Positions 1 through 10,274 of a DNA stretch of 64,000 nucleotides are shown here, one piece after another. The stretch is taken from contig SMSO01000025.1 of the NCBI GenBank assembly GCA_004764695.1, forward strand, positions 5,186,862 through 5,250,861, written 5' to 3'. Every line of letters starts with the position of its first letter. Position 1 is the first letter of the stretch. Below the pieces are notes generated by a model. That model had not been told where the DNA came from, did not search any database, and saw nothing but the letters and a program-made list of their open reading frames with translations. This DNA is from Schizochytrium sp. TIO01. Taxonomy: Eukaryota; Protista; Bigyra: Labyrinthulomycetes. A program made the translations under genes and the position numbers.

Positions 1-190
1 CAAATGAGCAATTACATACTTAATGTTAATCAAACTGTTAATTAAAAGGCACTCCTGAATTTAATTCTGCCATCATGGTGCCTCACTCGATTGCTTGGCG
101 ATTCTCTGGCTCTGACTCATGGTCCTCCAGTCCAAGCTCGGACCTTTGCAACAGGTATGATCTGTTGGCTTTGACAAAATCTTACTAGTA

Positions 191-1233
191 AAATTGTAAA
201 ATTAAGAGATTGCGTAATAAATGCTTGTTTTGACTTGAGTTTTACCCAAGTAGCCCAAAGATTTAACTTATTGCAAATGACTAGGCATATGCTTCCGCCT
301 TTTACAAAATATATAATATATATATTATCTCAATTTAAAGAATAAATAAAAAAGTATAAATAATCGGAGTGATACCGTGACTGGAAGTTTGCCTCTTTTT
401 CTTTTTCTTTATTCGTCGTGGATGGAGTCTGAGCGGAGATTTGCTTTGGTTTAATTTTTAAATGATCTTAAATTCATCGAGATGCATCCAGCCATCTATC
501 CATCCATCTTTCCATTTTTCCATCTATTAATTTATGTATTCATTCACTCATTAATTTATATATGCATTCACTCATTTATTCATTCATCTATCGCACGGCA
601 GACTTCTACTTTTTCCGGCGACACCTTAATGTCTTTTGCAATCGAGCGCGCCGTTCCGGATCTTCTGACTATCAGCATGATCGATCCACCAATCTATATT
701 CCGAACCTTTTCTTACGAGCCGGAGCGCTCACAAACTTAAAAGTTTATTATTATTATGATTATTAATTATAAATAAATAAATATATACATATAATTAATT
801 TCTTCTACCCTATTTTACATTTTCATGTATATATATATAGGCCTATATTTCATTTAAAGCTGCTAAATTTGTTCTCTGCTTAGCTCATAATTATTTCAGT
901 GGTCGGAGATAGCTAATATATCAATCAGCCAATGTGAACAGAGAAAGTTGCGATCCCAGAGCAATCTCATAAAATTAGAAAAAACAAAATTAAAAAAAAT
1001 AATGCTCTGAGGATTATGGAATTCTTGAGAAATGTTCAATCAACAGAGTAAACCTGAAGGTAGATTTTCTGTTACAGGAGATCGCGATTGGAGCGATGTC
1101 TCTGATTTCCTTTTAAGATTAAAAGTATAAATTTATAGTCTTCTGTAGGTGATAGTGAGTACCCACTTCCAAAATCTTGGTATATATTTTAAAAAGTTTT
1201 TTTTTTTTTTTTTAAATTATATCTGTTTGTATT
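191..1233. repeat. Copy A of a ~1.1 kb direct tandem duplication
   Basis: 191-~755 matches 1282-~1842 almost exactly (starts aaattgtaaaattaagagattgcg in both). 794-1233 matches 2144-2588 with visibly more mismatches. Confidence 0.95.
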
Positions 1234-1281
1234 CATTCATATTGCAATTCAAGGAAATTGTGGTATTGCAGCTAAGAAAGC

Positions 1282-2588
1282 AAATTGTAAAATTAAGAGA
1301 TTGCGTAATAAATGCTTGTTTTGACTTGAGTTTTACCCAAGTAGCCCAAAGATTTAACTTATTGCCAATGACTAGGCATATGCTTCCGCCTTTTACATAA
1401 TATATAATATATATACGTATTATCTCAATTTAAAGAATAAATATAAATAATCGGAGTGATACCGTGACTGGAAGTTTGCCTCTTTTTCTTTTTCTTTATT
1501 CGTCGTGGATGGAATCTGAGCGGAGATTTGCTTTGGTTTAATTTTTAAATGATCTTAAATTCATCGAGATGCATCCAGCCATCTATCCATCCATCTTTCC
1601 ATTTTTCCATCTATTAATTTATGTATTCATTCACTCATTAATTTATATATGCATTCATTCATTTATTCATTCATCTATCGCACGGCAGACTTCTACTTTT
1701 TCCGGCGACACCTTAATGTCTTTTGCAATCGAGCGCGCCGTTCCGGATCTTCTGACTATCAGCATGATCGATCCACCAATCTATATTCTAAACCTTTTCT
1801 TACGAGCCGGAGCGCTCACAAACTTGAAAGTTTATTATTATAATAAATAATTATTATAAAAATAATAATAATAATAAAAATATAACAATAATAATATTCA
1901 CGCCCTCGAAGTAGTGGGAACAACCCAACTTTGGTATCTACCCACTGCAACATCTAGAGTTACTTGCTTTTTCCTGGAATGGACTATCTTCAATGCGAGC
2001 CTTTGAGATTCCTTGACGCGAAGCACTCTCACTAGTCTTATTACCTTTGGACTCGAAACCTAAGCCAAAAAACACTCATTATGTGATGAGATTTTATTAT
2101 ACTAGAGGTACTGCTGGGTTCAGCTAGAAATAGTTCTTGATTCATTAATTTCTTCTACCCTATTTTACATTGTCATGTATATATATAGGCCTATATTTTA
2201 TTTGGGGCTGCTAAATTTATTTTCTGCTTAGCTCATGATTTTTTCAGTGGTCGGAGGTAGCTAATATATCAATCAGCCAATGTGAACAGAGAAAGTTGCG
2301 ATCCCAGTGCAATCTCATAAAATTAGAAAAAACAAAATTAAAAGAATTATGCTCTGAGAATTATGGAATTTATTAGAAAAGGTTCAATGAACAACTTAAA
2401 CCTAAAGGTAGCTTTTCTGTCACAGCAAATCAAGATTTGAACGATTCTCTAAAATTTTTAAATACAAAATTTATAGTCTTCTGTAGGTGATAGTGAGTAC
2501 CCACTTTCAAAAGTTTATATATGTATATATATATAAAGAAAGAAAGAAAAAGTTATTTTTAAATATATAATTAAAATCTGTTTGTATT
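1282..2588. repeat. Copy B of the tandem duplication, carrying an extra ~300 bp segment (~1845-2143)
   Basis: Direct sequence comparison with copy A. The segment containing cacgccctcgaagtagtggg...gttcttgattc is absent from copy A. Confidence 0.95.
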
Positions 2589-2856
2589 AAATAGTGGTAG
2601 GGTATAGGTAGCCAAAAATAGTCTGCGTCACGCCTTAGAATCATATTTAAAACAAATTGGGTTAAAATGAAAGTCAACAATCACTCATTGAGCCAGAATC
2701 ATGTTAGGTTTAGTAAAGTACAGGATCCATGAAAACCGAGAAGCAAAACCCTAACTCGGATCCCTGATCGAGGCGTGTTGTGCTCGCTCGTTTCTTTTTG
2801 CGTGTGCTGCTGTTGTTTCCTTCCGTTGTGTGAGACGTATCCCTTCCCTTATCGCG

Positions 2857-4106
2857 ATGTGTATTGCATCAACCCCGCGAGAGAAACTGGACCCTATCAA
2901 ACATAGGTTTCCTGATCTTAATTATTCATCGTTTGAGCATAGCAACTTGATAGCCTTGGCTAATTCAATTGCAAACTCTGATGAAGTTCTGATATCGCTA
3001 CTGTTTGCATTCTCCAGAGATTTAGTGGTATGGGGTAGGGGTTTACAGAAGCTGCAAGATCTTGCAAGTTTCCTTGGTAAATATGGCTTGGAGGGAGAAA
3101 CCTTGCATCGTAAATACAAGCAAATGATTTTGAGCAAGCGCAAGTACCATCATTCAGGCTCCAATATTCCGTCCGGTGACCCGCCACTGGATGATATTAC
3201 AGAAAGTTTGGTCAATATGGAGATTAACGAAAATGAGAAGCCCCCAAAAACTTTGTCACGTTGCAGCTTAGCCAACGTAATAGTTCGCATGCTTTGCTTG
3301 ACCACGTCCGAGCTGTTCAAACACAATCTTTATTACTTGACGATTGACGAGATAAACCAGACTCCATTCGGGTGTTCTAGTCGAGACAAAGGGACCGTTC
3401 TTGTCGCTGCTACAGAAACTTTCATAAAACTTCGGAAGGAATATCTTAAAAATGAAGTGAACGTAATGCGATCACTTCATGATCCATTTGAGGTTGATCA
3501 AGTATTATTGAAGCTTCATGAGGAGCACGGAGAAAAGGTTTTTAACATTGCAAATGCCTGCCTTGCGCGAGAAATTGATTCTATTATATGGCACAAAATT
3601 CTCCCCCCCAACAAGAGCACAAGGACCACCAAGAGCTGGTGCAAACGGTTAAGAGGGAGGAGTTCCAATATATTCAAGAAAAAGATGAAAAATGGGCAGA
3701 AGCTTTGTGCTCTCCTGGTACTCTTGAGAATATTCTCGTTGCTTTACAATACATTGTCGAACCAAGCGATATAATAAAGCTGATTCCAAAAGGAGCTGAA
3801 GATTTAAGCTTCGATTATCGAAGATTAACATACTACCAGCTAGGTAAGCTGTGGACAGAGACAACCTCTCTTGAACTAACCAGCCAAGAACAGAGTGATA
3901 CAACTAGGTTCAAAATAGCACAAATATGCTTGCAAATGATACCAGCGAACAGGAGCGCTGCCCTGGTCTTTGCACGTTGTCTTAACAGGGAGCTCGCTGA
4001 CTGCATTGCGTGCGTTACTGCTCGGAGTTGCTCAATGAGTCGTAAGACCAAGGATATGCTTGTAGACGAGCTTTTGGAGCTGTGGCTGAAGCGCAGGTCG
4101 TGTTAA
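2857..4106 (+). CDS. Orphan protein (~416 aa if joined), split by a one-base frameshift at a C7 run (3603-3609); C-terminal SAP/HeH-like motif
   Basis: ORFs 2830-3774 and 3588-4106 overlap in different frames. One extra C joins ...WHKILPP to QQEHKDHQEL..., and the joined protein is colinear with the paralog at 5414-6133. First in-frame ATG is at 2857. Confidence 0.7.
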
Positions 4107-5413
4107 ACCTATACGGGAGAAGTATTTTGATTCATAACTTGGAAGCAAGTTCATATCGCACATTCTGCGCTTTCGAGCTTAACCCCTTCCCGATTCTGAA
4201 TTTTCATGACTCATATGATGCAATGGTATAAACGTGTATATCTTTTCGTTCAAAGGAGGAGACAAAGAAACAGCTTCTGCGACACTTGTTTGCCTACAGC
4301 CTCCAATCTTTACAAGAAAAAAATACAAAAAGGAAAATACAAAAAAATTGCAAATTGAAAAATAAAAAAAATAAAGCCAATTTGAACATTATGCCCCTTG
4401 TGGGCCCGGCGACCAGCTTTAATTTTTATCGTAATACATGCCAGTAACCCTCGATATGTGCAGACGTTTACGTTTGCCTCATGCGTAGAAGTTAAAGTAT
4501 ATAGCTTCACTTCGGTTTAAAATTAGCAATTTAGTAACACGCCAACCATCATGAAATGCAAGATTTCTCTGATTGAAGGCATCTATTACACTGCAAAAAG
4601 GCAGAACTTAGCATGCTAATCTGCCTCAATAACTTCAATTATGTAGGAAACACGATAATGCCAAGTGAATTCCTAGGTTTAATTAATAAAGATGAGCTTG
4701 CGTGTAAAAACCAATATGAGGCAAGCAAGAAAAGACGCAATCAAGCAGTCAAGCAAACCTCAAACCTGATTTTGGCTATTGAGGTGCTCGCAACTGGAGG
4801 ATCTGACGGTCAATCAAGAATCCTCGCGTGTGGAGCATGCTTCTGTGTCGTCCTGTCCTCTTAGCCTAGTGTGGCCAAGTTTAGAGGAACAGAGTTCCAC
4901 GCCCTTAGCGATACTTGAGAAGTTTAATCATTTGCGTACAGACGTTGGTGCGAGGACGAAGCTTCATGCGTAAAACTTAAAGAGGTTGCACCTGTCTGAA
5001 AACCACCTGGATAACCCGACCAAAGAATTTCCGGTCCTGCTGCAGAACTCCTTACACGCCTATGTCGAGGCTAAAAGCTCAGTAACAAAATCTTAAAGAA
5101 AAAAAGAAGGCCCGTATGTAGGCCCGATGATGATGACACTCTAAATAGTTCCTGAGCGGATGACTTCTCAGTCTTAGTTTATAGGAGGACGTGGGCCGGG
5201 AGACATCACAAATGTATTACTTGATTGGCTGGCTTTGGTTCAAGTCGAGATTCTTGTGTTTACAATAGGCACGGTCGTGATCAGGAGAGATTGAAACTAG
5301 AATTCTCTGTCACATGGCACGGAATTATATAGATCATACTGCGTGATTCACTAGGCTTTTCTGCTTGTCTATGTTGGAGCTGATAAAACATTTTCTTTCT
5401 CGTTTGACGGTCA

Positions 5414-6133
5414 TTGAAATCTCGTCGTCCTTCGGATGCTATAATCGAAACAAGGCACCCAAAGATCGCTGATCTTGAGACAGATCACCTACTAAAGCAA
5501 CGGCAAACGTTTCTGGTGAATGAACTAAAGGTGAAGCACCTGTGTGCCACCAAAACGCAAAATGATAAGATTGACCAACTCTTGATGCAGATTCACCACA
5601 ACCATCAAAATTTAGTCTTTGGGATGGCCAATAAGTACCTTACACGAGTTCTTGATGATGCTGAAGAAGATCCCTACCAACAGCTTCCGGAGCAGCAGCA
5701 AGAAGTCCCTACTATTAAAGACGAGTTTTACCAAGAAATCAAATGGGAGAAGGCCATTTCTGTTCATGGTGTTCTTGAAAAGATTCTTTGAGCATTGAAA
5801 TATGTCAATATTCCGGATTATGTCATCGTTCAAACACGTGAAGGCTCCGAAGGATCTGATCCTCGTCATTCGAAATACTACCAACTAGACAAAGTGACTC
5901 GCGCGAAAAACCTCGTTATAAAATACACCAACCAAGAAACGAGTCAGTCAATAGATTTTTCGATCGCAAGGTGGTGCTGGCAAATCATACCGGCCGGCAG
6001 AAACCCGCGTCTAGTCTTTCCACGTCTCCAAAAGGTCGAGCTTACAGGGTGCATCGAGTGTCTTACTGGCAAAACCTTGAACATCAACTCTTAGACCCCA
6101 GATGAGCTCGTAGACAGGCTTTTGGAATTGTGA
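5414..6133 (+). pseudogene. Tandem pseudogene paralog of the 2857-4106 gene (degraded 5' part may extend to ~4900)
   Basis: Matching blocks: IDQLLMQIHHNHQNLVFGMANKYLTRVLD vs VDQVLLKLHEEHGEKVFNIANACLAREID; GVLEKIL*ALKY vs GTLENILVALQY; YYQLDK vs YYQLGK; DELVDRLLEL* vs DMLVDELLELW. In-frame stops at 5789, 6092 and 6131. Confidence 0.85.
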
Positions 6134-6879
6134 TCTTGTTAACTTGACGAATCTTTGTTCTTGAATCAAAAGTTTGGTTAACGGTTTGAGATTCTTTCAA
6201 CTTCTGAAGTTGCAAGGGTTAACAATGTGACCCTTCAAGTATGTTTATATTATTTCGATGACAAGGAACGAAATTAAGTGTCACTTTTTAAATATAATAT
6301 GAATGTACATAAGGTACAGCATTCACGCTTTAAAAGAAAAACACTACAAACGGAATAAAATCAGAAAAAAAAAAAGGAAAAAAAAAGAAAAAGATGGAAA
6401 ACATGTACAAATAAATAGCAAAGAACGAAATAGATAACGGTCTGTGCGAGGCAGCCAACTGCATTTTTTTACAACCAAATGGGTCAAATATATTTTTTAA
6501 TTTCCTGACGCGAGTTCTGCTATTACGTGCATTAGAGTCGCTTCAGTTTATTACATGCGTAGAAGCATATTAAAGCTTCATTTTTGCACTTTCAAAAGAA
6601 AAATTGGCATTTCTTTTTGTTGTACTATCTATATCTTCATATGCAATTTTACATCGGCAGTACAGCAGATGGCATACTTGTCTTCTAAAGACGCCCTCGT
6701 AAATGTTATAAAGGCAGGTTCCAGCGTGATTGTGATAAAACCTTGAGGTATGGAGGGAACATACCAACTTACTGATTACATCCGCCGTCGTTAAACCTAA
6801 GTCACTTGTGACGAATGTGCAACGGACCAGTGAGCAAAAAGCAATCATACAGACAAACCTCAAATGCCCTGAAGCTTGG

Positions 6880-9762
6880 ATGATCGCAGGCAGAAAATCT
6901 GAAGGCCGCTCAATAATGCTGGGGGGTGTCGACGATGATGACGGCTTCTTTGCCCCTGTGCCAGACGGTCTTCTTGGTCTAGCGGCGAGGCTGGAAGAAT
7001 TAGGCGGTTCTGGGGAGAGCTCTGCACGCGTAGCGCCTCTGGAGGTCTTCGTTCGCGTACGCTGCTGCAACAATCCAGTGACCAGTCGAGACACGGGCTA
7101 TACGCAAGGCATGGAGAGACTGCGCCGATCTGAAGAGCTCCTTGATAACTTGACTAGAAGACCCGACCTTGCTGCAGAGCTTGCAAGCCTGCAGCGAGCC
7201 TCAAACCTCAACAGCGAGCATGTTGATCAAAAGGAGCAGGCACATGTGTGGATCGAGGGCGGCCGAGACGTGGTTTTGAGGCATCCCGAAACAAGGGGAC
7301 TTCAAAGATTTCGCTGTACAAATGGGTTCTCACGCCTTGCGTCGGATGAGGATGTGAGCTCGGTGCTTGCACGAACGCTCGTTGAAGATTGGCTACTCAA
7401 AGGCTTTAATACAACTCTTTTTACTTGGGGCAAGACCCAAGCGGGTAAAACTCACACGCTTTCGGGAACGGTTTCGCTTCAGCCGTCATTTGTTGCCTCT
7501 GAGTTGCAACTGCCAGCTTCGAATGCAAGTGCATCGGTGTTATGGCAATGTGCACGGTTAATTTTCGCAGCAAATGAACAAAACTCTCTGTCTGTTGCGA
7601 TCTCTTGCTGGGAAATTAGACCGGACGGTTCAACTGTTGATCTTCTCTCAAGGAAATCAGGCAGTCTCAGCACAGACAGGCGTAATGTAGGAGGTAGTGG
7701 GCAGTACACGGCAGTGTCTTGCCGAACTCTTGCAGAATTAGCACAAACTCTCGAGCTCTCCCGTTGCAAGAGTCGCAACTGGATCTCTCGACAGAAATCC
7801 GCATTTACTGCTCAACGAAATACTGCCCATTCGTTTCTTCGTTTGGCGGTGGCACAACATGATCGAGAGATTCTGTCAGTTGCCCATTTTATTGATGTTG
7901 TAGGACACTCCAGGGTGCCCCCAAAGTCTCAGCAGGGTCAACGTGAACACTCAAGCCTAAATCGCCACCTCCTTAGCATCGAAAGGCTTTTGAGCGAGCT
8001 TTCACATTTAGAGATACTACGTGCTAGCTCAACAAATCTTTCTGTTGCTAGAGACACTGCACTTTCAAGTGCAGTAGCACCTCTTCTGGCAGGAAATTCG
8101 AAATGTTTCTGTCTTGCAAACCTAACAGATAGACTCGAGGACTACAAAGCAAACCTTGCTACCATGCGCGTTGCAACATGCGCAAGTTTGATCAATACCG
8201 CTTGCTTACGGGATTCTGTTGATAGTACAAATCATCCTTCAAACATCATTCCTTTCGCTTCAGTTGCGATTCGGCTTGGGCGTGAGCCGCTCGCACCAGG
8301 TGAGATATCGGAATCCTCTGCTAAATTCAATGTTGATGAGATCAACGATGTTATAGTAGCTGCCAAGGAGAAAGATGGGACAGATTTTGAAGACGTCCCC
8401 GGCAACTCAAAAATTCTCGATGTTTCCTCAGATATAGAAACACCGATTCGAGAACAAGGTGAGGTGTCTGAGAGCGAAATTTTAACAGGTAGACTACCGC
8501 ATCCGCCTTCAACAACGCAAAGTAGTCGGCGAAAAAATTTGGTTCAGAAAAAGGTGACTCATTCGAGGAAAGTGGTATCCAGTGTCCCTCTAGATTCGAA
8601 AAAAGCAGCAGCTACACCCAAACCAAAGAAGTTTCTCGCTTCTTCTGCGCGATCAACTCGCAAAGAAGTTGAGCCATCATTGAGATCTCATGATGTCTGG
8701 CCAATTGTAGCAGAAAACCCGCCTTGTCAAAATCAAAGAGGTGCTGTAAACTCTTTCCCAACACGAATGCGCCAGGCTGTCCTTGAAAATCTGCAGCAAG
8801 CCGGAAATACCGCTCAAATGAATCAGGAGCTCAATCTAGTTACACTTGAAGACCTCATGACTCCTAGGGAGCGTGAGGAAGCGGCAAAATTGCGTAATGA
8901 GATTCACAAACTAGAGAGTGAACAACGCCAACTAGCTCATCAAATGAAAATAGAAAAACAACACCTCGAGCGTGAGAATGCTGACCTAAAAAGTTGGAAC
9001 CAAGAGATGCGTGACAAGACGCAAGTTGGTTCAATTACCGGCCTATTTGAAGATGATGCAGAGTGGACTCGACAGAGTTTGCTCCGCGCAGAAGAGGCTT
9101 ATGAGAAGTGCCAAGCATTTATCAATGAGAAGGGGCAAAATAGTATCATTGAAACAGCACGGGATTTTATAGGCTTTCTTAAACAGAACCTTATCGACAT
9201 AGACCAAGTTATTGCACCCTTACTCAAGCGGGAGCCACAACTTGAGTCACGTCAGCGTTTTATGGAAAATCTTCGCAAGCAAGCATCTGATCTGGAGTCG
9301 CGCAAAGGTTTAATCGATGGCGAGCGTAACTTTCGAAGCGAGCAAAAAGATGCTTTACAGGCAAGCGTAGAGCGTGCTGAAAAACTCAGGAAGGAGCTAC
9401 AGGCCTCGCACGATGCATTAAGAGTAGCACGTGCGAAAACATCGAATGAAGCAATAGAAATGCGCAAGTATTTGTCACTAGTAGCAAATGAGGATGAGAA
9501 AAGATCTGTGCTTCAAAAGATTGATGCACGGCAAGATATTCTCGCGTATCCGTTTGGCTCGGGTATTAATGAGCCTGTGCAGATACTTTTACGTCGTCTA
9601 GATAACATAATCAATCGCCAAGCCTCTTTCCTCGCTCCTCAAAATGCTGCGTTATCTATAGCTGTTGAAAAACTTGGAGCGCAACTATTACGAATTGAGG
9701 ATAGAGAACACAAATATCTGTCAGCAATGGAAACTCTTATCAACAACAATAAATTTACCTAG
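6880..9762 (+). CDS. Divergent kinesin-like protein (N-terminal motor-like domain, C-terminal coiled coil)
   Basis: EVFVRVR, GFNTTLFTWGKTQAGKTHTLSG (P-loop), VAISCWEI, LNRHLLSI, RDTALSSAVAPLLAGNSK (RDSKLT...LGGNSK equivalent) and a heptad-rich C-terminus. Start is the ATG at 6880 or 6916. Confidence 0.88.
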   Translation: MIAGRKSEGRSIMLGGVDDDDGFFAPVPDGLLGLAARLEELGGSGESSARVAPLEVFVRVRCCNNPVTSRDTGYTQGMERLRRSEELLDNLTRRPDLAAELASLQRASNLNSEHVDQKEQAHVWIEGGRDVVLRHPETRGLQRFRCTNGFSRLASDEDVSSVLARTLVEDWLLKGFNTTLFTWGKTQAGKTHTLSGTVSLQPSFVASELQLPASNASASVLWQCARLIFAANEQNSLSVAISCWEIRPDGSTVDLLSRKSGSLSTDRRNVGGSGQYTAVSCRTLAELAQTLELSRCKSRNWISRQKSAFTAQRNTAHSFLRLAVAQHDREILSVAHFIDVVGHSRVPPKSQQGQREHSSLNRHLLSIERLLSELSHLEILRASSTNLSVARDTALSSAVAPLLAGNSKCFCLANLTDRLEDYKANLATMRVATCASLINTACLRDSVDSTNHPSNIIPFASVAIRLGREPLAPGEISESSAKFNVDEINDVIVAAKEKDGTDFEDVPGNSKILDVSSDIETPIREQGEVSESEILTGRLPHPPSTTQSSRRKNLVQKKVTHSRKVVSSVPLDSKKAAATPKPKKFLASSARSTRKEVEPSLRSHDVWPIVAENPPCQNQRGAVNSFPTRMRQAVLENLQQAGNTAQMNQELNLVTLEDLMTPREREEAAKLRNEIHKLESEQRQLAHQMKIEKQHLERENADLKSWNQEMRDKTQVGSITGLFEDDAEWTRQSLLRAEEAYEKCQAFINEKGQNSIIETARDFIGFLKQNLIDIDQVIAPLLKREPQLESRQRFMENLRKQASDLESRKGLIDGERNFRSEQKDALQASVERAEKLRKELQASHDALRVARAKTSNEAIEMRKYLSLVANEDEKRSVLQKIDARQDILAYPFGSGINEPVQILLRRLDNIINRQASFLAPQNAALSIAVEKLGAQLLRIEDREHKYLSAMETLINNNKFT

Positions 9763-10274
9763 GTGGTCGATACGGCATTAGTAGCTCTTTTAAGGAAGAG
9801 TCAACCTTAAGGGAGATCCTAAAGTCGTGAGAATCATCTTCTATACAAAAAGAGCTGTCATCCTGACATATACACAACAACAGGACTGAACGAGAGGAGG
9901 CTTGAGTCAAAACTAGAGTAACACAGATGCTAATATAAAGCACATTATTGAAAAACAAAAATCATCTTAACCTTATTGTGGATGAGTTTACTATATCGCT
10001 TTTGATTGAGACCCATGCAAGCTTCAAGAAATCTGGAGTCGCAAAGCACAAGAAATCAGATGTAAAACTATAAATCTCGACTTTCCTTTTTTGTATTGCC
10101 TTTAGCCTGTTCCACTATTAAATGTAGTGCCAATGAGCGCTGGAGTAACCAACAAGTACTTGTTATTGTGGTCTGCTGTTGCAGGAATTAAAGGGCAGAC
10201 CAGCAATACAATTTAACGTCGCAATATCAGACGATTCTTCCCAGCAAAGTCATGTCTCCGTAAAAATAGGAAGG

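Noticed and set aside
296-305. GCCTTTTAC, identical to U5 snRNA loop 1
   Set aside because: No closing stem, and the flanks are AT microsatellite-like.
482-1850. Duplicated 93-94 aa ORFs (MHPAIYPSIF...)
   Set aside because: They derive largely from ATCC/TTCA low-complexity sequence inside the tandem duplication and show no protein-like features.
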